Shown here: piece by piece, positions 1 through 22,440 of the stretch
How the letters are laid out: every line of letters begins with the position of its first letter
Numbering within the stretch: the stretch's first letter is position 1
Source of the DNA: Stylophora pistillata
Taxonomy: Eukaryota
Direction of reading: 5' to 3'
Assembly: GCF_002571385.2 (NCBI RefSeq)
Contig: NW_019217910.1
Span: forward strand, 62,001-126,000
Length of the DNA: 64,000 nt
Notes under the pieces: model-generated
The model's input: only the letters and a program-made list of their open reading frames with translations
Databases searched by the model: none
What the model was told of the DNA's origin: nothing
Translations under genes and position numbers: made by a program

Positions 1-1816
1 GATAAATACTTCTATATTAGAAGTTGCACACTTATAATTTTAAGGAATAAATGAATGTTAACGGTAATAAAGAAGGATTTCGCTTTTTGGTTGATATGAT
101 TAATGGGGGGAGGTTAAGCGACCTGTAGACGGACGAGGAGAAGTGAACTATATACAGTTGAGGCCGGGACAAGCTCTAAAGATGAAAAAGAACGAAGTAA
201 GTAATCGATGCTGGTATTCTCCAGAGTGAGAGAGAAAAGAAAAAGAAAATTAAAAAAGAAATTTAACCATTTTTGCGCGGGATCGAACTTTGTACGCCTG
301 TTTCGCAACTGTAGCTCACATTCACTCCACCACACACCAATCTGGCGAAGTCAGCTTTTAAGAATTTTAATAGAACTCAAAAATGCAAAACCAAGTGGTT
401 CGAAAAGCAAACATAAATAGAAAAAAAAAAATCCAGTAACACATATGTTCGTAGAACTCTCTCTTAGAAAAGTAACGGAGGAATAAGATAAATCGCTTGT
501 AACTGCGAAATAAGAGGTAACATGTTTTTTTCTTTTCACGCGTTGAATGCTTATATACTTTTCTGTTATTGGTCGAGGAATTTTCACCCTTAATGTTCGC
601 CTCCTTCGCGGGAAATTATAAAATAAATGAGGAACCGATTTCAATCTCATTGGTTAATAACCTATACTCTATCGATCTGTTGGCTTTAGCCCTCAAGTTC
701 CATGATCCAACTAGTGTTTCTCTCTACTAACTGCTATAAAGTTCCTTGTAAATCAGACCGGAGAAATTGGTGTTATAACAACATAACACCTCCCTTCGGA
801 CAAACTTGTCTATTCTTCTTACTTGTTTGCAAGATAGCATATTGGAAAGGCAAGGAGAAGTTACAAGTTAATCAGTTCCGGGGTTTAACTCCACTAAGGT
901 TATTAGTTGAACACTCCTGCTTGGGTTATTGTTATCATGCCGGTAATGCAATAAAAGGGCGGTATACAGTGGTGGATCCAGGTTTTTTTGTATACGTTCA
1001 CTTGCCGGCTTTTCTTCGTTCTGCGTTTATTATTTTACCCAAAGTAAAGTGGGGGAGGGGGGGGGGAATGGGCCCCCTGAGCCCCTCCCCTAGGTCCGCC
1101 ATAGGTATATCCCTTCCTTACTCCCTACTTATCTTCCAAACAATACAGCAGCTGTGAATCGTGATAAAGAAAACAAGATAGAACAAAAGGATGTTTTTTA
1201 CTTCAAAAATTATCAAAACATTTCTCTTCGATAAAACTTTATCAAGAGGATGAGTGGAAAGTGGGTTCTGAATTATTGGTAAAACTTCATGATAAAACTT
1301 GGGAGGCTCCATACGGTGTAAACTTTTAATCACGAAAAACACACCGCTCGAATTCGAAGTCAGGCTGATCGCTCGGTAAGCGAACTTCATATCCACCGCA
1401 CTACTTGAAAACAACGTGAGTGGAGACGGATATTTTTCATGTCTGAATTATTTCAAGTATTGGTTATACTTAAGGTTTGCCTATCAGGTCAGGTGTACAC
1501 TCACAGCAGTCCCTCATTCTAGGCGAAATACGTCGCCTACGTAGAAAAAAAAAAGAAAAGAAAAATCAGCGTAAAAAAGTATGTTAGTGCGATGCAAGAA
1601 ACTTTGGGAGTGAAGGCACCCGATTTTTGCGGATCTTTCCAGATAGCGCAACAGAGTGACAAAGAGATTACACGCAGAGAAATAAGTTACTGACAAGGAG
1701 AATTGTTTGCCATTCAAGAGCTTCTTCAGTTGGCGATCATTTCCGTTATTCTCGTGATCCTGATGTGTGATTCGGGAATTTTATTGTAAGGACAAACAAT
1801 ACCGATTCTATGAGAA

Positions 1817-2402
1817 TAGATCGTTTTCACCCTTACGCAACGAAAAAAAAATCGAAAACTACTCAAGGGATAAGGTCAAGAAATTGGAATGTTGTAGGAG
1901 ATAGGAAAGAAAGACACTCCTTCAAGTCTTAGGCCTTTTCGTTTTTCCAAACTTCAGATATTCGTCGAAATGTTTTGCGCAAATTTGCAGGGCCCTGTAT
2001 GGAGCCGCCATATTGGTGCATCTCTTTGGTGCACCAGTATGGCGGCCGGAAAATAACGCGAACATATGGAACTTACTTTGGCTATCAAATAGACTAGTTA
2101 TCTAAACTGAACCGAAAATCATTAACACATGCACTTTTCCTAACCCTTAAACTCCTAAAAGGGCTAAAATCTTTAGATAAGTGTATATTTCGACAAATAC
2201 GATCGGATGGGTAAGTCACACAACGCCACAACTGTGAACTGAAACTGAAACTGCGCTGGTTTCCAAACCAAGCACGGTGTTAAGCTAAAAAGTTGAAAAG
2301 AGATGTGAATTTAAACCCTGTTCTGCCTAATGATGATAAAATCTTTCGTAGCTGTTTAGTTTTAAATTTCAAAACTTAATGACGTCGCGTGAAAACGATC
2401 TA
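1817..2402. mobile_element. Non-autonomous TIR element (MITE)
   Basis: Perfect 14-bp terminal inverted repeat TAGATCGTTTTCAC (1817) ... GTGAAAACGATCTA (2402). No coding capacity; target-site duplication (TSD) not clear. Confidence 0.6.
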
Positions 2403-3259
2403 TACATGATATCGATTTACTTGGGCGGTCAATTTGAAGAACATTCCTATGTTTTCGCCACCAAGCGCTACAAAGATTTGACTCTTGTGATCTGACTGGT
2501 AGATATTTCAACCGGCCACAAACTATTTGCACTGGTTCATGCCGTTTACATATCGAAGCTGTACATTTTTATTAATCCCGTCTAAAGCTATCTATAGGAA
2601 GTTCTTCACGGGTAAGTTTCAGGCTCTCGACACCGTGAATCAATAAACAGTCAGAAGTGCTGTTTTTCGTCTGGGAAGTTTGATTTGTACTATAATTTCA
2701 CCATTTTTTGTATAATTATATAAAAACAAGAGTATGTTTTGCAACTGTCCTTTCAAGTATTTTGTGAATACGTTCAAATTCTGCTGTCAAAGCAATTATG
2801 CCACGCGTATCTTATCATGTTCGCCTGTTCCGTTTGCGGTGCTTTTCCAAATCTTCTTGTAGATTAGTAGACCTGCACGTGTTAAGGTAGCTTGCAGTTA
2901 CAGTGAAGAACTACAACTCCTGTCATGTTCTAGTGTGACATACAGAGTTGTGGACAACTTCTTTCTCACTTGACTTTTTGGCAAACCTTTCTACGAATTT
3001 CCGAAATGTTTATAGCCGGCAATAGTCAATTTCAGGAATACTCTTGTAAGTATGTTCTCTCTTAACAATCTAAATACATGTGTAGTATTGCCTCGGAATA
3101 TCATCCTGTCACAAATCCGTGGAACAATCCGCATGTCTCAAAATCATCTCGAACAAAGCATACGCAGATGCTAAAACATTGCTATGCTTCCAGCAATTTG
3201 ATTTACAGCATCTGATTCCATAAATACAGAAATCCGGTCCACAAGTACATTTGTATCCT

Positions 3260-6200
3260 TCAATAAAATGGCACCCAGTTACTCTCGTCTTCAGGTATAA
3301 GGTTTCCTGTTATAAGCAGAATGACATCCACAATCCACCAGATTCCCAGGCCCCCAAGTGTAAGGAGTTTACCCACAGCTGTGCCAGTGTGTCCCAAACA
3401 AAAGCGGTCTACACCAAGGAATCCCAATAGAATGGAGTACAGAAGAGTTGTCACAAAACGGTGACCCGAATATCTGTTAAATGAAAAAGTAAGGATGGAA
3501 TCAATGAGTAATAACAAGACAGAATCAATGGATTCGTGAACTGATGAATTCACGAACGAACAAATAAATGAATGAATGGCTAAATAAAAGAAAGGTTTGA
3601 AAGGAAGAGTGATTGGATGNNNNNNNNNNNNNNNNNNNNNNNNNNNNNNNNNNNNNNNNNNNNNNNNNNNNNNNNNNNNNNNNNNNNNNNNNNNNNNNNN
3701 NNNNNNNNNNNNNNNNNNNNNNNNNNNNNNNNNNNNNNNNNNNNNNNNNNNNNNNNNNNNNNNNNNNNNNNNNNNNNNNNNNNNNNNNNNNNNNNNNNNN
3801 NNNNNNNNNNNNNNNNNNNNNNNNNNNNNNNNNNNNNNNNNNNNNNNNNNNNNNNNNNNNNNNNNNNNNNNNNNNNNNNNNNNNNNNNNNNNNNNNNNNN
3901 NNNNNNNNNNNNNNNNNNNNNNNNNNNNNNNNNNNNNNNNNNNNNNNNNNNNNNNNNNNNNNNNNNNNNNNNNNNNNNNGATGGAGGAGATGGATGGGAT
4001 GGAGGNNNNNNNNNNNNNNNNNNNNNNNNNNNNNNNNNNNNNNNNNNNNNNNNNNNNNNNNNNNNNNNNNNNNNNNNNNNNNNNNNNNNNNNNNNNNNNN
4101 NNNNNNNNNNNNNNNNNNNNNNNNNNNNNNNNNNNNNNNNNNNNNNNNNNNNNNNNNNGATGGAGGAGATGGATGGGATGGAGGAGATGGATGGGATGGA
4201 GGAGATGGATGGGATGGAGGGGATGGATGGGATGGAGGGGATGGATGGGATAAAGGGGATGGATGTGATGGAGGGGATGGATGGGATGGAGGGGATGGAT
4301 GGATGGAATATATACTTTTCGAAAAAATTTCCTCGACCCGCAACGAATGTTCTTGTTGCGCGACAAGTGGAACATCGAACCAAAACATGCAAAACTTGTA
4401 TTTCGCCGCCTTAAGGGAATAGAAAGACGGATAAGTGGATGGAGGAATAGATGGATGGAAGAGTAAGTGCATGAAAAACACATATTGGATGAAAAAGTGC
4501 CTTGTGCAAAGGAATATAAAAAGTCAAACAAGGCATATTAGTAACATAAAAGGCCAAATACTTTCAGAGTTAAAAAAAAAACACTTTCACCAATTATTTT
4601 CAGATGTTTAATGACTGATCTTATTCTACTGACCAAAATTATGTGATTTAAATGAACAAACTAGATTTAATTCTTTAAAAGTAAAACTTATCATTATTAT
4701 TAACATTAGAATTATTACTATCATTGCCAGCATTTTTCTGCATTGAGGAATATCAAGAGTTCACAGTTCTCACCAAACACCGCACCGCAGAGTGGTGTAG
4801 TTTTCTATTTGTTACACCTAATATCTTGCAAACAATGTACTCTTTTTTCTCTTTTAAGTATAGTTTCTTGCAAACTTTTCTTTTTGCGACCTATTTGATA
4901 TCTGTAATATCCCACGTACTGTTTCCCCTTGGTTACATTTGCTAAGTATGGTTTCCAGCACACTCCTTATTACGCGTCCTACTTGTTACGTGTGTATCTC
5001 GCACACTGTTGTGTGTTCTGTTTGTTACGGGTAGTATCTTATAGCGCACTGTTTATAATATTACGTATTCTTCTAACTTCTTCTCGCCGACTGTTTGTTC
5101 TTTGTTTTGTTTGTTACATTTAGTGTCTCGTACCGCCTTTTTCTTTGCTTCATTTGACACGAGTAACATCTAGCGCACTGTTTGTTCTGCGTTCCATTTA
5201 TAACGTGTTGCATCTCTCATTGTTTGTTCCGTATTCTATTTGTTACGAAACTTCTATCGCACACTGTTTTTCTGTGCTCCATTTGATGCGTTTTCTATCA
5301 GGCACACTTTTCCTTCTGTGTTCCACTTATGGCGTAGAGAATGTGGCAACCTCTTTGTCCTGTGTTCTATTTGTTACAAAAAGTACCTCGCGCACTGTTT
5401 ATTCTATGTTCTATTTGTACGAGTACTATCATGCGCACTTTTTCTTCTGTGTTTTATTTACTACGAAAAGTATCTCGCACACTGATTATTCTGCTTTCTT
5501 TTTGTCCCGAACAGTATCTCGCGCAATATCTGTTCTGTTTGCTCTGCATTATCGAGTGCACTGATTCTTTTGTTACAAAAAAAATATTGCACACTGCTGT
5601 GTAATACATTTGCAATGAAAGGAATCTTGCGCAATCTTTATGTTGTGTTCTATTTGTTTGTCTGTTCTATTTGTTACTTGTAGTATTTAGCGCACTGTTG
5701 GTTCTTTATTCTATTGGTTACTTGTAGTATCTCGCGCACTGTTTGTTCTTTCTTCTATTTGTTACTTGTGGTTATCTCGTGCAGTGTTTGTTCTCTGTTC
5801 TATTTGTTACTTGTAGTATCTCGTGCACTGTTTGTTCTTTGTTATATTTGGTACTTGTGGTATCTCGCGCACTGTTTGTTCTATGCTATAATTGTTACTT
5901 GTGGTATCTTACGCACTGTTTGTTATTTGTTATATTAGTTACTTGTAGTATCTTGCGTAGTGTTTGTTCTTTGTTATATTTATTATTTGTGGTATCTTGC
6001 GCACTGTTTGTTCTATGTTCTACTTCTTACTTGTGGTATCTCGTGCACTGTTTGTTCTCTGTTATATTTGTTACTTGCAGTATCTTTGTTATATTTGTTA
6101 CGTATGGTATCTTGCGCACTGTTTGTCCTCTGTTCTATTTGTTAATTGTTCTATCTTATGGACTTTTTGTTCTGTTCTATTTGTCTCGTACATTGTTTGT

Positions 6201-9200
6201 TCTATATTATATTTCTTACTTGCAGTATTTCGTGCACTGTTTGTTCTCTGCTTTATTTGTTTTTTGCAGCTTCTCGTGCACTGTTTTTTCTATGTTATAT
6301 TTGTTACTTGTCGTATCTCGTGCACAGTTTGTTCTATGTTATATTTGTTACTTGTGGTATCTCGTGCGCTGTATGTTCTATGTTATTACTTGTAGTATCT
6401 CGCACACCTTTTGTTATTTGTTATATTTGTTACTTGTGGTATCTCGCGCACTGTTTGTTCGTTGTTTTATCTTTGCTTGTGTTATCTCACGCATTGTTTG
6501 TTCTTTGTTATATTTGTCACTTGGTATCTTGCACACTGTTTTTTCTTTATCATAGTTGTTACTTGTGGTATCTTGCGCACTGTTTGTTTTATGTTCTATT
6601 TGTTACTTGTGGTATCTCGCGCACTATTTGTTCTTTGTTATATTTGTCACTTGCAGTACCCGTGCACTGTTTGTTATTTGTTATATTTGTTACTAGTGGG
6701 ATTACATATTTGTCACTTGTAGTATCCCGTGCACTGTTTGTTATTTGTTATATTTGTTACTAGTGGGATCTCGCGTGCTGTTTGTTCTTACACATATTTG
6801 TCACTTGCAGTATCCCGTGCACTGTTTGTTATTTGTTATATTTGTTACTAGTGGCATCTCGCGCGCTGTTTGTCTTATACACATTTGTCACTTGTAGTAT
6901 CCCGTGCACTGTTTGTTATTTGTTATATTTGTTACTAGTGGGATCTCGCGCGCTGTTTGTTCTTATACACATTTGTCACTTGCAGTATCCCGTGCACTGT
7001 TTGTTATTTGTTATATTTGTTACTAGTGGGATCTTGCGTAGTGTTTGTTCTTTGTTATATTTATTATTTGTGGTATCTTGCGCACTGTTTGTTCTATGTT
7101 CTACTTCTTACTTGTGGTATCTCGTGCACTGTTTGTTCTCTGTTATATTTGTTACTTGCAGTATCTTTGTTATATTTGTTACGTATGGTATCTTGCGCAC
7201 TGTTTGTCCTCTGTTCTATTTGTTAATTGTTCTATCTTATGGACTTTTTGTTCTGTTCTATTTGTCTCGTACATTGTTTGTTCTATATTATATTTCTTAC
7301 TTGCAGTATTTCGTGCACTGTTTGTTCTCTGCTTTATTTGTTTTTTGCAGCTTCTCGTGCACTGTTTTTTCTATGTTATATTTGTTACTTGTCGTATCTC
7401 GTGCACAGTTTGTTCTATGTTATATTTGTTACTTGTGGTATCTCGTGCGCTGTATGTTCTATGTTATTACTTGTAGTATCTCGCACACCTTTTGTTATTT
7501 GTTATATTTGTTACTTGTGGTATCTCGCGCACTGTTTGTTCGTTGTTTTATCTTTGCTTGTGTTATCTCACGCATTGTTTGTTCTTTGTTATATTTGTCA
7601 CTTGGTATCTTGCACACTGTTTTTTCTTTATCATAGTTGTTACTTGTGGTATCTTGCGCACTGTTTGTTTTATGTTCTATTTGTTACTTGTGGTATCTCG
7701 CGCACTATTTGTTCTTTGTTATATTTGTCACTTGCAGTACCCGTGCACTGTTTGTTATTTGTTATATTTGTTACTAGTGGGATTACATATTTGTCACTTG
7801 TAGTATCCCGTGCACTGTTTGTTATTTGTTATATTTGTTACTAGTGGGATCTCGCGCGCTGTTTGTTCTCATACATATTTGTCACTTGCAGTATCCCGTG
7901 CACTGTTTGTTATTTGTTATATTCGTTACTTGTGGTATCTTGCGCACTGTTTGTCCTGTTTTATTTGTTAATTGTTGTATCTTGCGGACGAAGTATGTTG
8001 CGCAGTTTGCGATATGTTTTATTTGTTCTAGTAATATCTTACGTACTGTTTTTTCTCTGCACTCTTTGAAAAATACGCGCACTGTTTGTTTTCTGTTCTA
8101 TTTTTTACGTGTAGCACCTTGCTCACTTTTTGCACTCTGTCTTATTGTTAGGCAAAATCTCAAGGCTGTTTGTCTTGTGTTTCATTTATTACTTCTAGTG
8201 TTGTTTGATAAAATTATTTGTGACGTAGTTTAACTTGCACACCGTTTGTCCTGGATAGTCAGATTTTATTCATCAGTCGTTTGATAACAGACCGTATTGG
8301 ACTCCATTCAGTGCTATTGCTACTACTTTTTTGTTCTGTGTTGTTCTTATTACGTGTAGTATATCGTGCACTGTTTGTTTGGTGAACCATTAGATAGCTG
8401 CAGTATCTCACTTATTTTTTTGTTTTTTGTTAGTTACGTGTAGTTTCTCGCGTGTTATTAGTTTTATTCCTATTTTTTAAACGTAGTTTCTCGTGCGCTG
8501 TTTGTTTTTTTATTTTCCATTTGATAGGTGTAATATCTCGCACGCTATGTGTTCTGTGTGCTGTTAGTTATGGTTATAATTGTGCCAATACGAAAATGCT
8601 GGAATATGAATGGTTCTCAATAAGTGAATGAATGAATGAATGAATGAATGAATGAATGAAGAAGTGAATTAGAAAAAGAGATATTTCAAGACAAAATGTC
8701 TTGTTTAGAGGAAGAGAAACATTTTATAAGAAACAATGGATAAGTTATTCTTACCAGCAATTACACGATGTACAGTCAAGTAAGTTGTCTGCAACTCAGT
8801 AACACCCCTAACATTTTTTCCACCTTGACAATAACTCAAAATTAACTTACTTGATACAGGGAAATTTTTTTAAGCTAAGAAATTTTCTTTCTCCAAAGCA
8901 CTCAATTCCAGGTAGTGCTTCACACCAAACCCGTGTGTGTTGAACGTCTTCATACCTTGAGCCGCCGAACTATAAACAAATACATACATATCAACTGTAT
9001 TAAACACGGAAAACTATCATTAATCAACAGATAAGCACCTGACTGAGTTGTTAGTTACCCTTTACACCCATACATCAGGAAGTATAATCTCCGTATTGTT
9101 CTCCAAACATCTCCAAAGGAGCTGACAACGAGAATTTGATCAACAATCAAGAGCTTCTATAGTTGGTAATCGTTTTCTTTGCTCTTGTGACCTTAATGTG

Positions 9201-12019
9201 TGATTCAGGGGTGATGTTAAAAGGAGAGATAAGAAGCTAGTCACATTAAGGGGCTAAAAGGTTAAGGCCCCGAACTCTTCTCTGAGTGGTCCGAGGTTTC
9301 AGCTGTCTACTCAACAACCGTGATCAGATTTGTTATCACTGAGCTGAAGTTTAGCTCCAAGGATTTGCTATGAGTAACTTTTTGAGTCTTATATATACCA
9401 AATATTTATTCTCTGTTTGCACAAGTTCTGAAGGGTCTTATTAAGGAAATGGCTAATTAAAATAATAACACCATTTTGGTGGAGGGAGATGCAATGGCCA
9501 AAGGGGTTGGTACCCTAAACTTCAGAGAGAAGAGGCCAGTGTCTAAGCCCTGGCCAGGCCATTCTGCTGGTCCTGAAAATTGTCGCCATATTGAATTGCA
9601 ATTACCTCCCATCATTCTCAACAGTACCAAAACACCTTTGGTTGTGATTATGGGCTTTTACATTGACACACCCTGCTTCTTGTGGATTACTTCAGAGAAC
9701 AAGGGCAATTTCAAGCCTATGGGTGTCAAACTAGAAATGAACTCAGTGTACAAGCTTACAGAGTCACCTGGCCCCTTTGTTTCATTCAGGGGCTGATTCT
9801 GCAAGGATAATTTAGCACCTGGTCACTCTTACATATTAGTGGAAAACCTTTTCATGTGGATCTGAGTTTTAAAGGTTTGGGTGTGCTTTGACTTCAAAAG
9901 AATCAACTAGCATCAGTTTTGCTTGTGTCTTCTACTGTTCAAATTTTTCTTTAATTTTCTGTCTTGTGTTTTGTTGCAACTATAAAATAATAATCAAGTC
10001 ATATTTGAATGGAGGAAAAATATTTGAATAAGAAGATATGCACTCACTTTAGAGCATCCATAGCCAGACACCTCTCGTGCAGTTATGTTTGACGTAAAAT
10101 CAACTGGTGGATCACACTCGAGAAAGTCTATAGGTCTGAGTGAAGGAAAAGAATTAAGAGTAAATATTAGCATTCAGCATTCATCACTGCTAAAAAATTT
10201 CATTATAGAGCTAGCAGCACGAGCAGGCAAGTGAAGCTCGGGATTGCCCATATTGATCCTGAGCAAGAAAAAAAAGTGCATGGAGTAGATTTACAAAGTT
10301 TGTAACTTTTGGACGATGTTGACAACAAAGTCACAAAAAGCAGCAGAAGCAAGTCAAAACAATGAAAAAAAATTAAATGACCCAGTTGGGTTTTTACTAT
10401 GCTTTAAACACAGTTGGTTTTCTTTCCCGGCTCTCTGAATAAATGAGTAATTCTTGATTCTTTTAAAAGCAAAATCTTTTTGCTATATAATAAATAATTT
10501 GTTGACCAACTTTTTTTGGTCAAAATAGCTGAATATTAGCCTCGTTCTTTTTTCTGCATTTCTATGGACCTAGTCTAAAATGTGTACCACAATTAAACTC
10601 TACAAACTACCTCACATTGATCAGGAGGTCTTTCTCTATCAGAATCAAGAGTCAAACTTTTCTCTGGTGATGGTTGAATGAAACACTTAATTTTTCAGTA
10701 TCTGCTCCATAACTACCAAGACGCAAATAAGCAAAATGCATTTAATGCATTTGATGAAAAAGGTCAAAGATAACCTTTAGCTTGATGTAATTTTTATTTT
10801 GCATTGTTAGATAGGGATACTTATTTTACCTTTTTTATATTTTTAACTTTATTTGAATTTTTTTAAGCGGACGAAATTCTTTTTGGTAGATGTAACTTAT
10901 TGTATTTTTTAGCAGATACATTTTCAAGCAGATGTATTTTGTAGATGAAGAGTCACCTTGGAAATGCTGAATAAAGCCATTATTATTATTATTATTACTA
11001 TTTTTATAATTATTATATTAAATGCATCTAGTTCACCTTACAGAATCAGATCCTTATCTCAATGAATACATTCATTTCAACTAAAAAAACATTGACACTA
11101 CAAATGAATGGCACTACTCTGGCTCCCGCTTACTGCCAAACAGCCTACCAACAAAGGGCTAACGCTCGAACCGTCAGCTTTTGTAATCGTTACGGTGGCC
11201 AGTTTACCATTTCAACTTTGTTGATATATCCAAATTATTAGCCTACCAACAGAATGTTTCATGAACATTATTTTTGTAAATGTTCTGTCATAGTGCTCCT
11301 TCTCAAAATGCTCTTAGTGTACCAAACTGTAGTAAGTGTACCAAACAATACTCAAGTGCATTTTTGCATCTAGTAGATAATTTTTATCATAACAATGACC
11401 GCAAGGATGGTTATTCAGACAGTGTAATTTCGTCAAATGCTATCACCAGATTGACCAGGCGAATTGCCTCCATTCCAGGCGAACAGACCCTTACTGGGAA
11501 AAACGACCTTAAACCTCCAACACACACACACACACCAAAAAAAAACTTACAGTCTGTGATCTTAATATTTCGACTGTACACGTACACTTTCCATGAAAAT
11601 CGCAACCCAATAGCCCAGAATAGCTCGTTTAAATAATAGAAGCGAGTTTTAATGTATGCCTAAAGGAACTAATAAACAATGTCTCGTATTTTAATCCAGT
11701 AGAGCATAAAAATGAAGAAAACGAGGAAGGCTTAAATAAAAATGTACATACATGATCGGTGTACATCTACAGACCTTCACAAGAAAGAAAAAGAAATTAA
11801 TATATATATAGCTACATGCAAGCTAGTTTAGCGGAAGTTTATCTTCAGGTAACTTGGGTGTTCAATCGAAAAAGGGACTTACAAGTAACTGCAGTTCACC
11901 AGCGGACCATTCGGGTTATACTTCTCGTTTTTATCGACAGCATCTTCGCCAACATTTTCACTCACAAGAAAGGAAACGATGAAGTATACTTTGGCGAAAA
12001 GACGTAACCCTTCCGCCAT
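3260..12019 (-). CDS. TM2D2: TM2 domain-containing protein 2; coding exons 12019-11883, 10135-10048, 8969-8851, 3473-3260 (558 nt, 185 aa)
   Basis: All introns are GT-AG and phases are consistent. Translation [20 protein letters not shown]...[13 protein letters not shown]|[29 protein letters not shown]|[30 protein letters not shown]...PCIK|[56 protein letters not shown] matches the TM2D2 pattern, including the DRF motif and two C-terminal TM helices. Confidence 0.95.
3610..4308. repeat. 18-bp purine-rich minisatellite (GATGGATGGGATGGAGGA/G)n, partly in N gaps
   Basis: Tandem units visible at 3980-4005 and 4159-4308, flanking two assembly gaps in TM2D2 intron 3. Confidence 0.9.
4790..8570. 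repeat. 44-bp unit satellite array (~3.8 kb) in TM2D2 intron 3
   Basis: Unit ~ATTTGTTACTTGTGGTATCTCGCGCACTGTTTGTTCTTTGTTAT. GCACTG recurs at 5825, 5869 and 5913 (period 44). Edges are degenerate; the core (~5670-7950) is homogeneous. Confidence 0.92.
9055..9265. mobile_element. piggyBac-type (TTAA/CCCTT-ended) MITE; related copies ~1690-1790, ~31270-31760 (interrupted), ~54740-55028, ~60945-61086
   Basis: Ends TTACCCTTTACACC ... AAAAGGTTAA. Copies share the internal motif GCTGACAAGGAGAATTTG...AAGAGCTTC...GTGATTCAGGGGTGAT. Confidence 0.55.
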
Positions 12020-12148
12020 TTTTGAAAGTAATATCCCAGTACCACTGTGAGTTGCGTAGCACTAAAGCAACAAAGGCGAGGCTACTAAGGAGATGCCTTG
12101 TCGATTTTGTTTCTAATTTTGGATATCGCTGCTCTTATCCTTTGAATT
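12020..12148. promoter_or_regulatory. Bidirectional promoter region between TM2D2 and STX18
   Basis: The two start codons (12019 on -, 12149 on +) are only 129 bp apart. The TM2D2 start lies in a YY1-like AAAATGGCGG context. Confidence 0.75.
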
Positions 12149-21389
<9,241 letters not shown>

Positions 21390-22440
21390 ATGGGGAAAAG
21401 TGCTTTGAAGTAAAGTCAATTTTAATTGGATCTTATACAAAGAAAAAAAATTGAATTTCATTCTGCCCAGAGCTGTGATGGATAAAACATCACTTCTTTT
21501 TTTCAACCTAGAACAGAAAAGTAACTTTCAGAGTTAGAATTTCAAAAAGCATTTAATAACAGAATGGTGGTAATGGTGCTTTTAAACCAGAATGATTTCC
21601 ATTGCAGTAAAATAAATTAATTTTTTACCATTTTGTGTCATGATGTTCTTTCTTACATTCATCTTATTGTGCGTAGAAAATTTGAAGTAAGTCTGTTTAG
21701 GATCAAAATGAAGTGGTCAAATGTTACAGACTTGTAATTAATGATGGTTGGTTGCACAGTTTCTAAGTGTTTTTTAATTGGTTATCACTAATTAAATGTT
21801 CAATTGGTGCTAAACAATCTATGTCTGAGTGACAACTTCCATATTTCATCAAATAAGCAGCCACTCTTAATAAGTGCCCTTCCCCAGAAAAAGCACCCAC
21901 CACCTAAGTCATATTGTCAAACAAGTGCCCCCCACCCTCACTTTCCTAATAGTAGGGATACAAGGAAAACCTGTTTCTCTAACCACTTTATTTACAACTT
22001 TTTAAGCTTGAATTACAGTGGAATCAGAACAGGAGAATTCCAGTTCTTTCTATCTCCATGTGCTTGCATAGTTCCTTTGTGTGGGTTATCTGTACTTTTA
22101 ATTTGTCCTATTGCTATGCAAGAGAAGATTCACCCCCCCTTGATAATAGCACCTTACTTCCATTAAGCACTCCTCCATTTAGTCAGTATTTTGAATGAAC
22201 AATCGTGTGTTATTCAAGGAAATATAGTAGATATGAACTGGGTTTTTCAAACTACTCATAGATTATGATTACTTCAGTACTATTGTTATATATCTCAGGC
22301 AGTAAATATTCATCATTAAAAAAAATTTATCATAAAGATCTATACTGTTTATAAATTAGAAGGGTTAAATAATTTTGAAATTATATTGGGCAGACCACTT
22401 TATCACTGTTAAATTAAATGTGGTTAAGCTCAAGATTAGG

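Noticed and set aside
967-1104. Possible hAT MITE (CAGTGGTGGATCCAG...CTAGGTCCGCCA)
   Set aside because: Right end is degenerate and the TSD only partial; too weak to list as a feature.
1149-1379. Apparent FKBP-like peptide pieces on + (KVGSELL...APYGV / KNTPLEFEVRL)
   Set aside because: Joining them needs two frameshifts and there are stops in every frame; no supportable exon.
3525-4531. Long ORFs with X runs (HPLHPI, DGGDGW repeats)
   Set aside because: Artefacts of N gaps and the 18-bp minisatellite; only 3260-3473 is a real exon.
5670-7950. CRISPR-like regular repeat
   Set aside because: Contiguous tandem units with no unique spacers, no cas genes, and a eukaryotic intron context.
5145-8233. 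Many overlapping Cys/Leu/Val/Tyr-rich ORFs on +
   Set aside because: Translation of the T-rich 44-bp satellite; the unit is not a multiple of 3 and the same peptides cycle through all frames.
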